This document shows, one piece after another, positions 12,501-20,339 of a stretch of 64,000 nt of DNA; within the stretch, counting starts at the first letter, position 1; each line of letters starts with the position of its first letter. Both the position numbers and the translations under genes were made by a program. Origin of the DNA: an uncultured Planctomycetaceae bacterium (lineage in GTDB: Bacteria; Planctomycetota; Phycisphaerae; SM23-33); assembly GCA_964583095.1 (NCBI GenBank), contig CAZOVB010000009.1, positions 11,379 to 75,378 of the forward strand. The letters are read 5' to 3'. The notes below the pieces were generated by a model. That model was not told where the DNA came from. It saw nothing but the letters and a program-made list of their open reading frames with translations, and searched no databases.

Positions 12501-13059
12501 GTTTCGTCGCCTTGTTCTGTTCATCCACCACCCACAGGCGGTGGGTAAGGAAGTCGACATCCGCCACCCAGACCTTGCCGGCTTCGGGGATGTCTTCGCG
12601 CCCTGCGCCCTTCTTCCAGTCCGCCACGAGCTCCGAGCCGGAGATCACCGCCTGGCCTTGGCCCCAGTCGGGATCGCAGGTCAGTTGGGTCGGCTGGGTG
12701 GCGGGGGCTGCTTCGTCCGAAATCAGCGAGCCGCGGTAGACCACGCCGCCCTTGAAGACGTATGTGGTGCCCGGCGTGCGATACGATCCGGCGTTGCCGG
12801 CAGCATTGAGATCCCACGGATGATGCTTCCAGGGCTGTGCCTTCGTGCCGGGGTTGCTGTCGTCTCCGCCTTCAAAGTCGATGTACTTGACCGTCGGGCC
12901 CGGTTGGTACTTGAACTCCTGGGGCGCCCACTCCAGGTCTCCGTTGGGAATGACCTTGGCATGGGACTTTTCCCACGAATACTCCTGGGCATGGACCCAG
13001 CCGGCTCCAGCCAGCACAAGCAACGAAAGAGAAAGAGCGATCAGGGGTGTTCTTCTCAT
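9529..13059 (-). CDS. Secreted 1176-aa protein: conserved N-terminal module, right-handed parallel beta-helix region, beta-sandwich region, C-terminal LamG-like domain. Candidate polysaccharide lyase or hydrolase.
   Basis: Signal peptide MRRTPLIALSLSLLVLAGAGWVHAQE. Recurring beta-helix rungs (VWNNISGNPGG, YYFNNIAWG, FLNNTIYK, WANNVFYD). LamG-like end: DGKWHHVIAESNRTSYGFRIYVDGKLDASG...DFYVGG. Paralog of 20340..23789. Confidence 0.85.
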   Translation of the reverse strand: MRRTPLIALSLSLLVLAGAGWVHAQEYSWEKSHAKVIPNGDLEWAPQEFKYQPGPTVKYIDFEGGDDSNPGTKAQPWKHHPWDLNAAGNAGSYRTPGTTYVFKGGVVYRGSLISDEAAPATQPTQLTCDPDWGQGQAVISGSELVADWKKGAGREDIPEAGKVWVADVDFLTHRLWVVDEQNKATKLKLARTPNWEETNEDDVLSEWWTWKNGGTGKNPDNPEQNMVVGQDPRLSQFPKEVLKGAIVWTKWGFVMGTPIAAEVQGVDVEEGKVAFRGIWGSTNRAQNVYRGQRYYLENKPQFLDQAGEMWVEKTGENSARIYARMPGDKDPNSLRIEAAKRYALVESRDLQNVKISNLAFRFNNRDWRYGLAWFFGKNIAPAAVQIDGTARNVSIGNCTFEHCITAVMVQAKDDKDRIANLEIHDNDLRDVVNKGFIIDIGKNPIGTGPYGWNVSILRNRMLRIGARAERTSNSAGIHVNYVQTLEIAGNILDRMYGPGIFVFGGKSSGAEGEALLTRILIHHNKVTDSLLTASDWGGIETWQGGPQYVWNNISGNPGGYHNKKYDEFAGSRFGHAYYIDGGFKNYYFNNIAWGKVSDPESPLANTAGIQGIIGYQNTFLNNTIYKFRQGSRQQRPENGRNKHLGNIWQDISQYVFYYARPRGKQAAEPNQMDVPDDKGAYSYATMAWANNVFYDISGHLGAFEESGRWFEDVEAFSKALQQRGTLTTDVGVMADKSPLRDPEKHDFRLSQGSAAIDYGSKTFMPWGLYSVVGEWPFTVNREDPTVVIDEHWNMPKYFRDRKGYMDQPTYPLKAVNVTKSDYVQGPLEDWTQGALKLNGKDQYLMLEHEKTVEPIQYNDQVRVPGGWAIVKHPDQVKPGETFKVTVELPNDIDLGRKLVVQLGYTVPRAWGGIMAVSDPQTVTGKGPYEFKVESKDLEDVRALVLVVSYTKTGNTDTTTRSGTVRIGLAEQAGAGKETTTALDRYRKKVQVSGSDIRSPQIYQSNFLIETYIKVEPGSKGVICRKWSDGGYKLEVDQDGKIMFRAGAGEKLDHNSPILRSKTKIADGKWHHVIAESNRTSYGFRIYVDGKLDASGPGIFSAQKVQNEGDFYVGGTPDGENLACTIEFLRISQGTLADARTTIQELYKWQFDGPQFRDFRSQAPKGKRDAGAIELTD

Positions 13060-13139
13060 TTTGAGATCTCCATTTGCTTTTTCTGGGACTCCAAAGAGTC
13101 GGCGGAACTCGACGAACTCTTGTGGGATCCTCGTTCTGC

Positions 13140-13150
13140 AAAAATGTTAC
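13140..13150 (-). promoter_or_regulatory. Conserved 11-mer (gene-sense GTAACATTTTT), its nearest base 81 nt upstream of the ATG; candidate cis-regulatory or promoter element
   Basis: The plus-strand string aaaaatgttac occurs at 13140-13150 (ATG first base at 13059) and again at 23868-23878 (ATG first base at 23789), at almost the same distance from the paralogous gene starts. Confidence 0.25.
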
Positions 13151-13626
13151 AGGGGCCGGCGGCAATTCGCGACCCGAAATTTCGTTTTCCTCTCGCCCCC
13201 CTGAATTCGGCTTCCACACGACGGCCTCCCATCGACCTAGCGCCGCGTGCTGTCTCTTAAACTCCGCAAGGGGTCTGAAGTTCTGCCCTGTGCAGGAAGT
13301 ATATCCACCTGAGACCTTCCCACTGGTCCATTGTCGGGTTCTTGACTGCACTCCGCGGACGCACGTATTCCTGCCGCGACGAGCCAGACACTGATTCACC
13401 AGGCGGCCGATGCGAACGTGCTCGGACGTGTCAGCAGCAGCCTTTCGATCATGAACCGCGCATCGCTCATGCTGGCCGTCGCCCTGGTGGGCCTGACCGC
13501 CGGGATGATCTCCACCCGGGGACTCTTCATCATCGCATGCAGCCTGTACCTTTCTGGTTCGCTTCTGGGTACTCTGCTCACCGGTCTCGCCTCCGACCCG
13601 AATCGCCATAGGGCTGAAGCAGAGTA

Positions 13627-16314
13627 TCAGCTGTGCATCAGGTCGACGATTCGGAACGCTCCGGCCGGAACCGGCAGCTCCAGCCGGCCTTGCTCGATCG
13701 GCAGAGCCTTGCCGCCAAGAAGGTCCCGGGCCTGCCAGTTGCCGTCCATGTTGATCTCAAAGGCTGCCCGGCGGTCGGCGGGGTCCAGCCAGCCCGGATC
13801 CACCGCGATGAGCCGATAGCGGTCTTCCTGCATCCGGATGACCTGGTAGTAGACGCCCTGGCCTGTCGACTGCACCGGCAGGGACTTCTTGGCCTGCTCA
13901 AGGGAGTCTCGAAGGGCCCTGCCGGCCTCGGGGCCTTTCATCTTCGATCCGCCCGGGCTCCAGAGGTAGATGCCGTCGGTATGCCACCACCGCTCTACCG
14001 CCTCGATCGAGTCGTTCTGGAAGTGGCAGGGCAGCATGAGAATGTGTCCATACGGTGTGGCGGGGACCTGGCAGTCGAAGACGCGCTTCTTCTCGAAGGC
14101 GACCCGCGAGAAGGCGAATTCCGGCAAGGGAGCATGTCCCCAGCCGCAGTGCAGCCGCGAATAAATACCTTCGAGCGTCTCTTCATCCTCCTGTGCTTCC
14201 CATGCCCGGTGGTTGTTGTGAGCGTTCTTGAGCCACTTCTCCGGCGGAGGATGCATCACAAGCCCCACCGGGGAGATGTTGGCCATCTCCGCCGGCGTCG
14301 GAGGGAATACCAGCCCCTTGCCCAGAAGGTGCAGGAACAGTTCCGTGCTCTCCCGGCCCAGGAGGTTGTACCGATCCTTCCCCGGGCCGTGGGTGATCTT
14401 GTCGGAAATGGCAAAACGGAAGATGGAATTGCCCGCCGCAGCGTGGGCGATCAGCATCCGCAGGAACGGATGCCCGCTTCGGGGGTACTCGCATTGGTGG
14501 AAGTTGTTGGGAGCGAACATGTCACGGATCACCCCCACCTTCATCTCCCGGACCCGTCCGGCGTAGTAGAGTCCCAGGCGTCCCATCAGGTTGGTCTCGG
14601 CCCAGCGGGAAACCGATTCCTCCGTGTTGGCCACAAGGACTTCCCGACGCTGCGTGCCGAAGAGATTGTCGTACACGACCTTCATGGCCGGGCCGTCGAG
14701 CCACCAGAGAACCTTGTTCTTGATGGTGACGGTCTTGCGGCCATAGCGGAGGCACAGATCGCACAGCGGGGCAAGGAACTGCTTCACGTAGTCGCCGATG
14801 GTCTCCGCCGAGACGTCCTCAGCCGTGCTGAAACCCATCAGCGTCCCGGGTCCTGCTTCGAGCATGCGTCGGGCTGTGTCCAGCGAAACCTTCGGGTTGC
14901 AGTTGTGGCCGATCTCGAACGTCGCGGGAATTCCCGCCTCTTCGATGCGCTCAACAAGTTGCACGATTTCATCGGGCGTCTGGGTCCCCATGGGGCTGTC
15001 GATATCGAAGCGGATCTGGTTGAACGCCGTGCCGTCGGCCTTGCATACGGGCTTGTCCTCCAGGACCCGCACGGGAATGACATTGCGAAAGGCCGGCTCG
15101 GGAACCTGCTCGGCAAACAGGTCGAGGGTCTTGCGATAGGACTCGGGATTCAGCTGATCGTGACCCAGCCGATACTGCTCGATCAGAAACGGCGCACGCG
15201 GGGGGACCTGTCCGTCGTTCTGGTGGACCTGCTCGTGGATTTCCGTCAGCGTTTGTCGGATCCGCAGGGCCTTGCCCTCAGGCTCGAGGTTGACAAGCGT
15301 CTCCTGCCAGTCCTGCGACAGGTCCAGCCGATAGATCGTCTCATCTCCATTGGGTGTGGACCCCAGGTAGAGCGTTCGCCCATCGGCCACGACGTCGGCA
15401 AAGCCCAGGACCGATTCGGCCTGGCCCAGCAGTTCGCCTTCCCGCGAGAAGACCCGCACCAGCCCCCCGGCGACGGTGGCAATGTCACGCTTGGAGGGAT
15501 GATCCCGCGAAGGAATCGTCGTTACCCAGGCGGTGCTGAAGTATTCAAACCAGGCCTTGTCCCGGGCATACCAGTCCAGCGGGGTCGAGGCCCAGCGCAG
15601 CTCGCCGTTGCCCGAAAGCACGGCCACCGTCTGGTGGTTATGGAAGGAGTCGCCCAGGATGATCTCATCCACGCCGTCCCCGTCGATATCGGCAGCGGCC
15701 AGGTCCATCGGCTGATGTTGGCCCGACCAGTTCTCCCAGTTGGCGTACTCGGGGGGCAGTTGAATCGGATGTTCCCAGAGCACGTCCAAGGCCTCCCAGG
15801 AGGGCTTGAGCATGATCGCCCCGCCGCGGGAGTCCATGACCAGCAGTTCATCCAGGCCGTCGCCGTCGAAGTCTCCGCCCAACAGACGGTGAACGAAGCG
15901 GTTCATCTGCCTCTCGAGCAGGACCTTTCCGTCGGCATCGAGCAGGTAGAGCCTGTCCTCGATTCCCCCGCAGGCGATTGCAGTCGTTCCATCGGGCAGC
16001 TCAACGCCCGCGGCGGCCTGCATCGGGAAGCGGGAGTGGAAGGTCCACCGGACCTGGCCCAGCGGATCGATCGCGACAAGATCTCCCCCGGCCGTGGCCA
16101 GCAGGATCAGCTTGTCGTCCGGCGTGCTCGATGACACGATCTCCAGGCCGAACGGAAAATCCTCTCCCTCCACCCGCCACAGCGCAGCGCCGGAATCGGG
16201 ATCGACGCAGAGGACGTCGCCCTCGTACGTCCCGGCGATCAACCGGTTACCGTCGGAAGTCTCCAGCAACGCCAGTTCCCAGGCGCTGCCCTCAATGGGG
16301 ATGTGGGTCTGCAT
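13627..16314 (-). CDS. 895-aa hypothetical protein: N-terminal FG-GAP/PQQ-like beta-propeller repeats plus an unassigned C-terminal domain of about 550 aa. No signal peptide seen.
   Basis: Repeats such as GDFDGDGLDELLVMD and AADIDGDGVDEIILGD (FG-GAP Ca-binding-like), and GDVLCVDPDSGAALWRV / GDLVAIDPLGQVRWTF (propeller blades). I did not recognise the C-terminal part. Confidence 0.75.
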   Translation of the reverse strand: MQTHIPIEGSAWELALLETSDGNRLIAGTYEGDVLCVDPDSGAALWRVEGEDFPFGLEIVSSSTPDDKLILLATAGGDLVAIDPLGQVRWTFHSRFPMQAAAGVELPDGTTAIACGGIEDRLYLLDADGKVLLERQMNRFVHRLLGGDFDGDGLDELLVMDSRGGAIMLKPSWEALDVLWEHPIQLPPEYANWENWSGQHQPMDLAAADIDGDGVDEIILGDSFHNHQTVAVLSGNGELRWASTPLDWYARDKAWFEYFSTAWVTTIPSRDHPSKRDIATVAGGLVRVFSREGELLGQAESVLGFADVVADGRTLYLGSTPNGDETIYRLDLSQDWQETLVNLEPEGKALRIRQTLTEIHEQVHQNDGQVPPRAPFLIEQYRLGHDQLNPESYRKTLDLFAEQVPEPAFRNVIPVRVLEDKPVCKADGTAFNQIRFDIDSPMGTQTPDEIVQLVERIEEAGIPATFEIGHNCNPKVSLDTARRMLEAGPGTLMGFSTAEDVSAETIGDYVKQFLAPLCDLCLRYGRKTVTIKNKVLWWLDGPAMKVVYDNLFGTQRREVLVANTEESVSRWAETNLMGRLGLYYAGRVREMKVGVIRDMFAPNNFHQCEYPRSGHPFLRMLIAHAAAGNSIFRFAISDKITHGPGKDRYNLLGRESTELFLHLLGKGLVFPPTPAEMANISPVGLVMHPPPEKWLKNAHNNHRAWEAQEDEETLEGIYSRLHCGWGHAPLPEFAFSRVAFEKKRVFDCQVPATPYGHILMLPCHFQNDSIEAVERWWHTDGIYLWSPGGSKMKGPEAGRALRDSLEQAKKSLPVQSTGQGVYYQVIRMQEDRYRLIAVDPGWLDPADRRAAFEINMDGNWQARDLLGGKALPIEQGRLELPVPAGAFRIVDLMHS

Positions 16315-16647
16315 ATCTGCTCCGGAAGGTGTGAAAGCATCGCAGAGGCAAAGGCCTCGGCCAGGTGAGGTTCATCCAACAGGTTTGCAGGCTCCATGAC
16401 AAGAACGAATCTGCCGGGGCACAGGCCCTGGGCTCTTCTCGATCACAAACTGCTGGACTTGTCTGCCCCTAGCGCCGATGATTGCTCAAGCCATGAGGGC
16501 GCCCCTCTGCTGTCGTTGTTGAGGATATAGAAAGGGAAATGCGTCGTATACAGTTTTGCACCCGACCGCGGGGCCTCGCCAAAAGGCGAACCCGGAGCCC
16601 AGGAGCCATTTGCGATTTCCAGACAATCGGACCCCCAGGATGCCGCC

Positions 16648-17997
16648 TTGACGCGAGGCCCCGTGGGCTGGAGGCTGGCGAGCATGACGGGCCCGATGAT
16701 CATCGGGCTGCTCTCGATCGTGCTGTTCAACCTGGCCGATACCTATTTCCTCGGTCAAAAGGGCACGGACGAACTGGCGGCCATGGGCTTCATCTTTCCA
16801 GTGGTCATCTTTCTGGGCACGGTGGCCCGGGCGATCGGCATGGGGACCTCTTCGGTGCTTTCCCGCTCCATCGGTCAGGGCGACTTCCAGCGGGTCCGGC
16901 GGGTCACGACCGATGCCCTCGTGTTGGGCCTGGCGGTGGGCGTGGGCATGGCCGCGGTCGGCCTGGTCTCCATCGACCCCCTCTTCTACGCCCTCGGGGC
17001 CCGGTCGGAGCAGGTCCGCCAGTTGATCTACCAGTACATGGTGATCTGGTATCCGGGGATGATCTTCCTGATGGTTCCGATGGTCGGCAACCAGGCCATG
17101 CGGGCATCGGGAGATACCTTCTGGCCTTCGGTGGTCATGATCGTTTCAGCCGGACTGAACATTCTCCTGGATCCGATCCTGATTTTCGGCTGGGGGCCGA
17201 TTCCGGAGATGGGGATCACCGGCGCGGCGATTGCGACGGTTTTTGCGCGGTTGGGATCGATGGTCGCCGCCCTTTCGTTGCTCCACGGCAAGAAACGCAT
17301 GCTGGCCAGGCCCTCGCTTTCGATCCGGCGCATGTGGACTTCCTGGCGGGCGGTTCTGGTCATCGGGATCCCGGCCGGGGCCACCCAGGTGCTCTTTCCG
17401 GTCAGTCGAGCGGTTCTGACACGGTTCATGTCGGCCTTTGGAAAACCGGCTGTGGCGGCCTTCGGTGCAGGGATGCGCGTTGAAGCCCTGGCCTTGCTGG
17501 TCATCTGGTCGCTGGCGACGGTGCTGCTGCCGGTGGTGGGACAGAATCTCGGAGCGAACAAGCGCAGCCGCATCCGCCGGGCGTCCCAGGTCAGCGTGGT
17601 TTTCTCCATTGCCTGGGGACTGCTCTGCTGGGGGATCTTCCTGCTGGTCGCCCGGAGCCTGGCCGGGGTTTTCAGCGACGATCCGAGCGTTGTCGAGCAC
17701 CTTACCCTGTACTTCTGGATCGTGCCGGCTTCGTATGCCCTGCGCGGCGTGTTCATTGTGAACAACTCGGAACTCAACGGACTGCATCGTCCCTTGACGG
17801 CTGGGGCCTTGAATGTCGTTCGCATGGCAGGGCTGATCATCCCGATGGCCTACCTGGGAGCCAGGCTCGGCGGGGCCCAGGGCCTGCTGATCGCCCTGGC
17901 GGGTGCGAACATCCTGGCCGGACTGATTTCGTGGCTCTGGACGCTGATCGTACAACGGCAAGTGCTGGATTCTCTGGCCGGCGGCGAAGTTCGGTAG
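16648..17997 (+). CDS. MATE-family efflux transporter
   Basis: N-terminus GPMIIGLLSIVLFNLADTYFLGQKGTDELAAMGF, about 12 TM segments and a length of about 450 aa are typical of MATE. The track start at 16648 is TTG; GTG at 16663 is an alternative. Confidence 0.8.
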   Translation: MTRGPVGWRLASMTGPMIIGLLSIVLFNLADTYFLGQKGTDELAAMGFIFPVVIFLGTVARAIGMGTSSVLSRSIGQGDFQRVRRVTTDALVLGLAVGVGMAAVGLVSIDPLFYALGARSEQVRQLIYQYMVIWYPGMIFLMVPMVGNQAMRASGDTFWPSVVMIVSAGLNILLDPILIFGWGPIPEMGITGAAIATVFARLGSMVAALSLLHGKKRMLARPSLSIRRMWTSWRAVLVIGIPAGATQVLFPVSRAVLTRFMSAFGKPAVAAFGAGMRVEALALLVIWSLATVLLPVVGQNLGANKRSRIRRASQVSVVFSIAWGLLCWGIFLLVARSLAGVFSDDPSVVEHLTLYFWIVPASYALRGVFIVNNSELNGLHRPLTAGALNVVRMAGLIIPMAYLGARLGGAQGLLIALAGANILAGLISWLWTLIVQRQVLDSLAGGEVR

Positions 17998-18066
17998 GCC
18001 CTTCTCGATAAGATTCTTACGGACAGAATCCGCTGGAATCCAGCAAATCGGGAAGGAACCAGTACC

Positions 18067-20214
18067 GTGAGCCAACAAGAACAACATTTCGAGCAATCAG
18101 AAGACCCGAAAGCATCGACCCAGACGCAGCCGGACGAAGATCATTCGGAAGACGGATCGCACCCGGATCACTCTCAGCGTCACGATCACCACGATCATCA
18201 CGCGCAGATGGTCGCGGATTTCAGGAGGAGATTCTGGATCTGCCTGGCCCTGACCGTGCCGGTGATCATCCTCTCGCCCATGCTCCAGGAACTTCTGGGC
18301 CTGAAGGAGACGCTGGCGTTTCCCTTCGACAGTTACCTGCAATGGGCCCTTGCCACGGCCATCTTCCTCTACGGAGGCCGGCCCTTCTTCACGGGGCTCT
18401 GGGACGAGATGAAGGACCTTCAGCCGGGGATGATGACGCTGATCGGCCTGGCCGTTACGGTCGCGTACGTCTACAGCTCCGCGGTGGTCTTGGGCCTGTC
18501 GGGAAAGGTCTTCTTCTGGGAACTGGCCACGTTGATCGACGTGATGCTCCTGGGCCATTGGATCGAGATGAAATCGGTCATGGGTGCCTCCCGCGCCCTG
18601 CAGTCGCTTGTCGAATTGATGCCCTCAACCGCCCATCGGCTCGATGAGTCCGGCCGGACCGAAGACGTCGAGGTCTCCCAGCTCCAGCAGGGCGACAAGG
18701 TGCTCATCAAGCCCGGTGAGAAGGTTCCGGTTGACGGGGAGATCACAGAGGGCAGGACGAGCCTGGATGAGTCCATGCTCACCGGCGAGAGCCAGCCGGT
18801 GGAAAAGGCCCAGGGCGCAGAGGCCATTGGCGGATCGGTCAACGGGGAGTCCTCGATCACCGTCCAGGTCAGCAAGACCGGCGACCAGACATACCTTTCC
18901 CAGGTGATCGAGATGGTCCGCAACGCCCAGGAATCCCAGTCGCGAACGCAGAGCCTGGCCGACCGGGCGGCAAAGTGGCTGACCATCATTGCCATCAGTG
19001 TCGGGTTGGCAACCTTGATCGCCTGGCTGCTGCTGGGCCGGGACTTCGTCTTCTCCCTGGAGCGAATGGTCACGGTGATGGTAATTACCTGTCCCCATGC
19101 TCTGGGGCTTGCGGTACCGCTGGTGGTGGCGGTTTCGACCTCCGTCTCCGCCCGGCAGGGACTGTTGATCCGGGACCGCAACGCCTTCGAGCGCGCCCGG
19201 AATGTGGATGCGATCGTTTTCGACAAGACCGGAACGCTGACCGAGGGCAGGTTCGGCGTCTCGCAGATCATCCCGCTGGGAGATATGCAGGAGCAGGAAC
19301 TGCTGGGCCTGGCTGCTTCCCTGGAGAGTCGCTCCGAACATCCCATCGCACAGGGCATCGTGCAGGAGGCCGAGGATCGCCGGGTCGATACGTCCTCGCC
19401 GAAGGATTTCGAAGCGATTCCCGGCAAGGGTGCCCAGGCAAATGTGGACGGACGAAATGTCAAGGTCGTCAGCCCCGGGTACCTGGAGGAAAACGATCTG
19501 CAGGTCTCCAACGAGAGGCTTGATGAACTGGCCCAGGAGGGCAAGACGCTCGTCTACGTGCTGGTGGAGGACGAGATGGCCGGTGCGATCGCCCTGGCCG
19601 ACGTCATCCGGAAGGAATCCCGCCAGGCGCTGGATCGCCTCAAGCAGATGGGCATCGAGGTGATGATGATCACCGGCGACAGTGAAAAGGTGGCCAAGTG
19701 GGTCGCGGACGAACTGGGTCTGGATGACTACTTCGCCGAAGTCCTGCCCGACAAGAAGGCCGAGAAAATCAAGCAGGTCCAGCAGAGAGGCAAGGTGGTG
19801 GCCATGGCCGGCGACGGAGTCAACGACGCCCCTGCCCTGGCCCAGGCGGATGTCGGCATTGCGATCGGAGCCGGGACCGACGTGGCAGTCGAATCGGCCG
19901 ACATCGTCCTGGTCCACAGCGATCCACGCGACGCAACCGCCATCATCAAGCTCTCCCACGCGACCCATCGCAAGATGATCCAGAACCTTTTCTGGGCGAC
20001 CGGCTACAACGTGGTGGCCATTCCCCTGGCCGCCGGCGCGTTGGCCTGGATGGGCGTGATTCTCAACCCCGCTCTCGGGGCGGGGGTGATGGCCCTTTCT
20101 ACGGTGATCGTGGCCATCAACGCCCGGTTCCTGGGCATTGAAAAGGACGACGATATATCCGCGTCGCCCTCGGGGCAGGAGAATTCCACGCAGGACAGGG
20201 GACAGTCAGAGTGA
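18067..20214 (+). CDS. copB: Heavy-metal P1B-type ATPase, CopB-like (CPH motif, His-rich N-terminus)
   Basis: His-rich N-terminus HSEDGSHPDHSQRHDHHDHHAQ. TM6 motif ITCPHALGLAVPL (CPH). Phosphorylation site FDKTGTLT. Hinge AMAGDGVNDAPAL. GTG start. Confidence 0.9.
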   Translation: MSQQEQHFEQSEDPKASTQTQPDEDHSEDGSHPDHSQRHDHHDHHAQMVADFRRRFWICLALTVPVIILSPMLQELLGLKETLAFPFDSYLQWALATAIFLYGGRPFFTGLWDEMKDLQPGMMTLIGLAVTVAYVYSSAVVLGLSGKVFFWELATLIDVMLLGHWIEMKSVMGASRALQSLVELMPSTAHRLDESGRTEDVEVSQLQQGDKVLIKPGEKVPVDGEITEGRTSLDESMLTGESQPVEKAQGAEAIGGSVNGESSITVQVSKTGDQTYLSQVIEMVRNAQESQSRTQSLADRAAKWLTIIAISVGLATLIAWLLLGRDFVFSLERMVTVMVITCPHALGLAVPLVVAVSTSVSARQGLLIRDRNAFERARNVDAIVFDKTGTLTEGRFGVSQIIPLGDMQEQELLGLAASLESRSEHPIAQGIVQEAEDRRVDTSSPKDFEAIPGKGAQANVDGRNVKVVSPGYLEENDLQVSNERLDELAQEGKTLVYVLVEDEMAGAIALADVIRKESRQALDRLKQMGIEVMMITGDSEKVAKWVADELGLDDYFAEVLPDKKAEKIKQVQQRGKVVAMAGDGVNDAPALAQADVGIAIGAGTDVAVESADIVLVHSDPRDATAIIKLSHATHRKMIQNLFWATGYNVVAIPLAAGALAWMGVILNPALGAGVMALSTVIVAINARFLGIEKDDDISASPSGQENSTQDRGQSE

Positions 20215-20275
20215 TCAACAGCCACCGCCCGACGGGAGCGGCTGAGCATTGCCACCCCGTATGCTAACACACAGA

Positions 20276-20311
20276 CGCCCGCCGGAAAGGTCCGACGGGC
20301 GCCTGGTGTTT
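20276..20311 (+). terminator. Imperfect hairpin plus short T-run downstream of copB
   Basis: cgcccgccgga / aagg / tccgacgggcg (one internal mismatch) followed by cctggtgttt. It lies between convergent genes (copB stop at 20214, minus-strand stop at 20340). Confidence 0.35.
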
Positions 20312-20339
20312 CAAGCACAATCCGATTTCCAGGATCGGC

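Noticed and set aside
9847-13260. 1137-aa plus-strand ORF antisense to the beta-helix/LamG gene
   Set aside because: The composition is dominated by G/A/R/V/L/P/D with no recognisable motifs. The opposite strand encodes a protein with a signal peptide, beta-helix rungs, a LamG domain and a clear paralog. It is a typical stop-codon-poor shadow ORF in GC-rich DNA.
13418-13819. 133-aa plus-strand ORF encoding two hydrophobic helices (MNRASLMLAVALVGLTAGMISTRGLFIIACSLYLSGSLLGTLLTGL) in the 568-bp spacer
   Set aside because: The first ~65 codons have coding-like GC3 and could be a small membrane protein. However, there is no SD. The ORF starts at GTG or an unsupported ATG, and its last ~190 nt run antisense through the end of the 895-aa gene. 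This is not enough support, so I leave it as uncertain.
13633-16134. 833-aa plus-strand ORF antisense to the FG-GAP protein gene
   Set aside because: It is R/G/P/V/L-rich low-complexity sequence, whereas the minus-strand frame shows repeated propeller and FG-GAP motifs.
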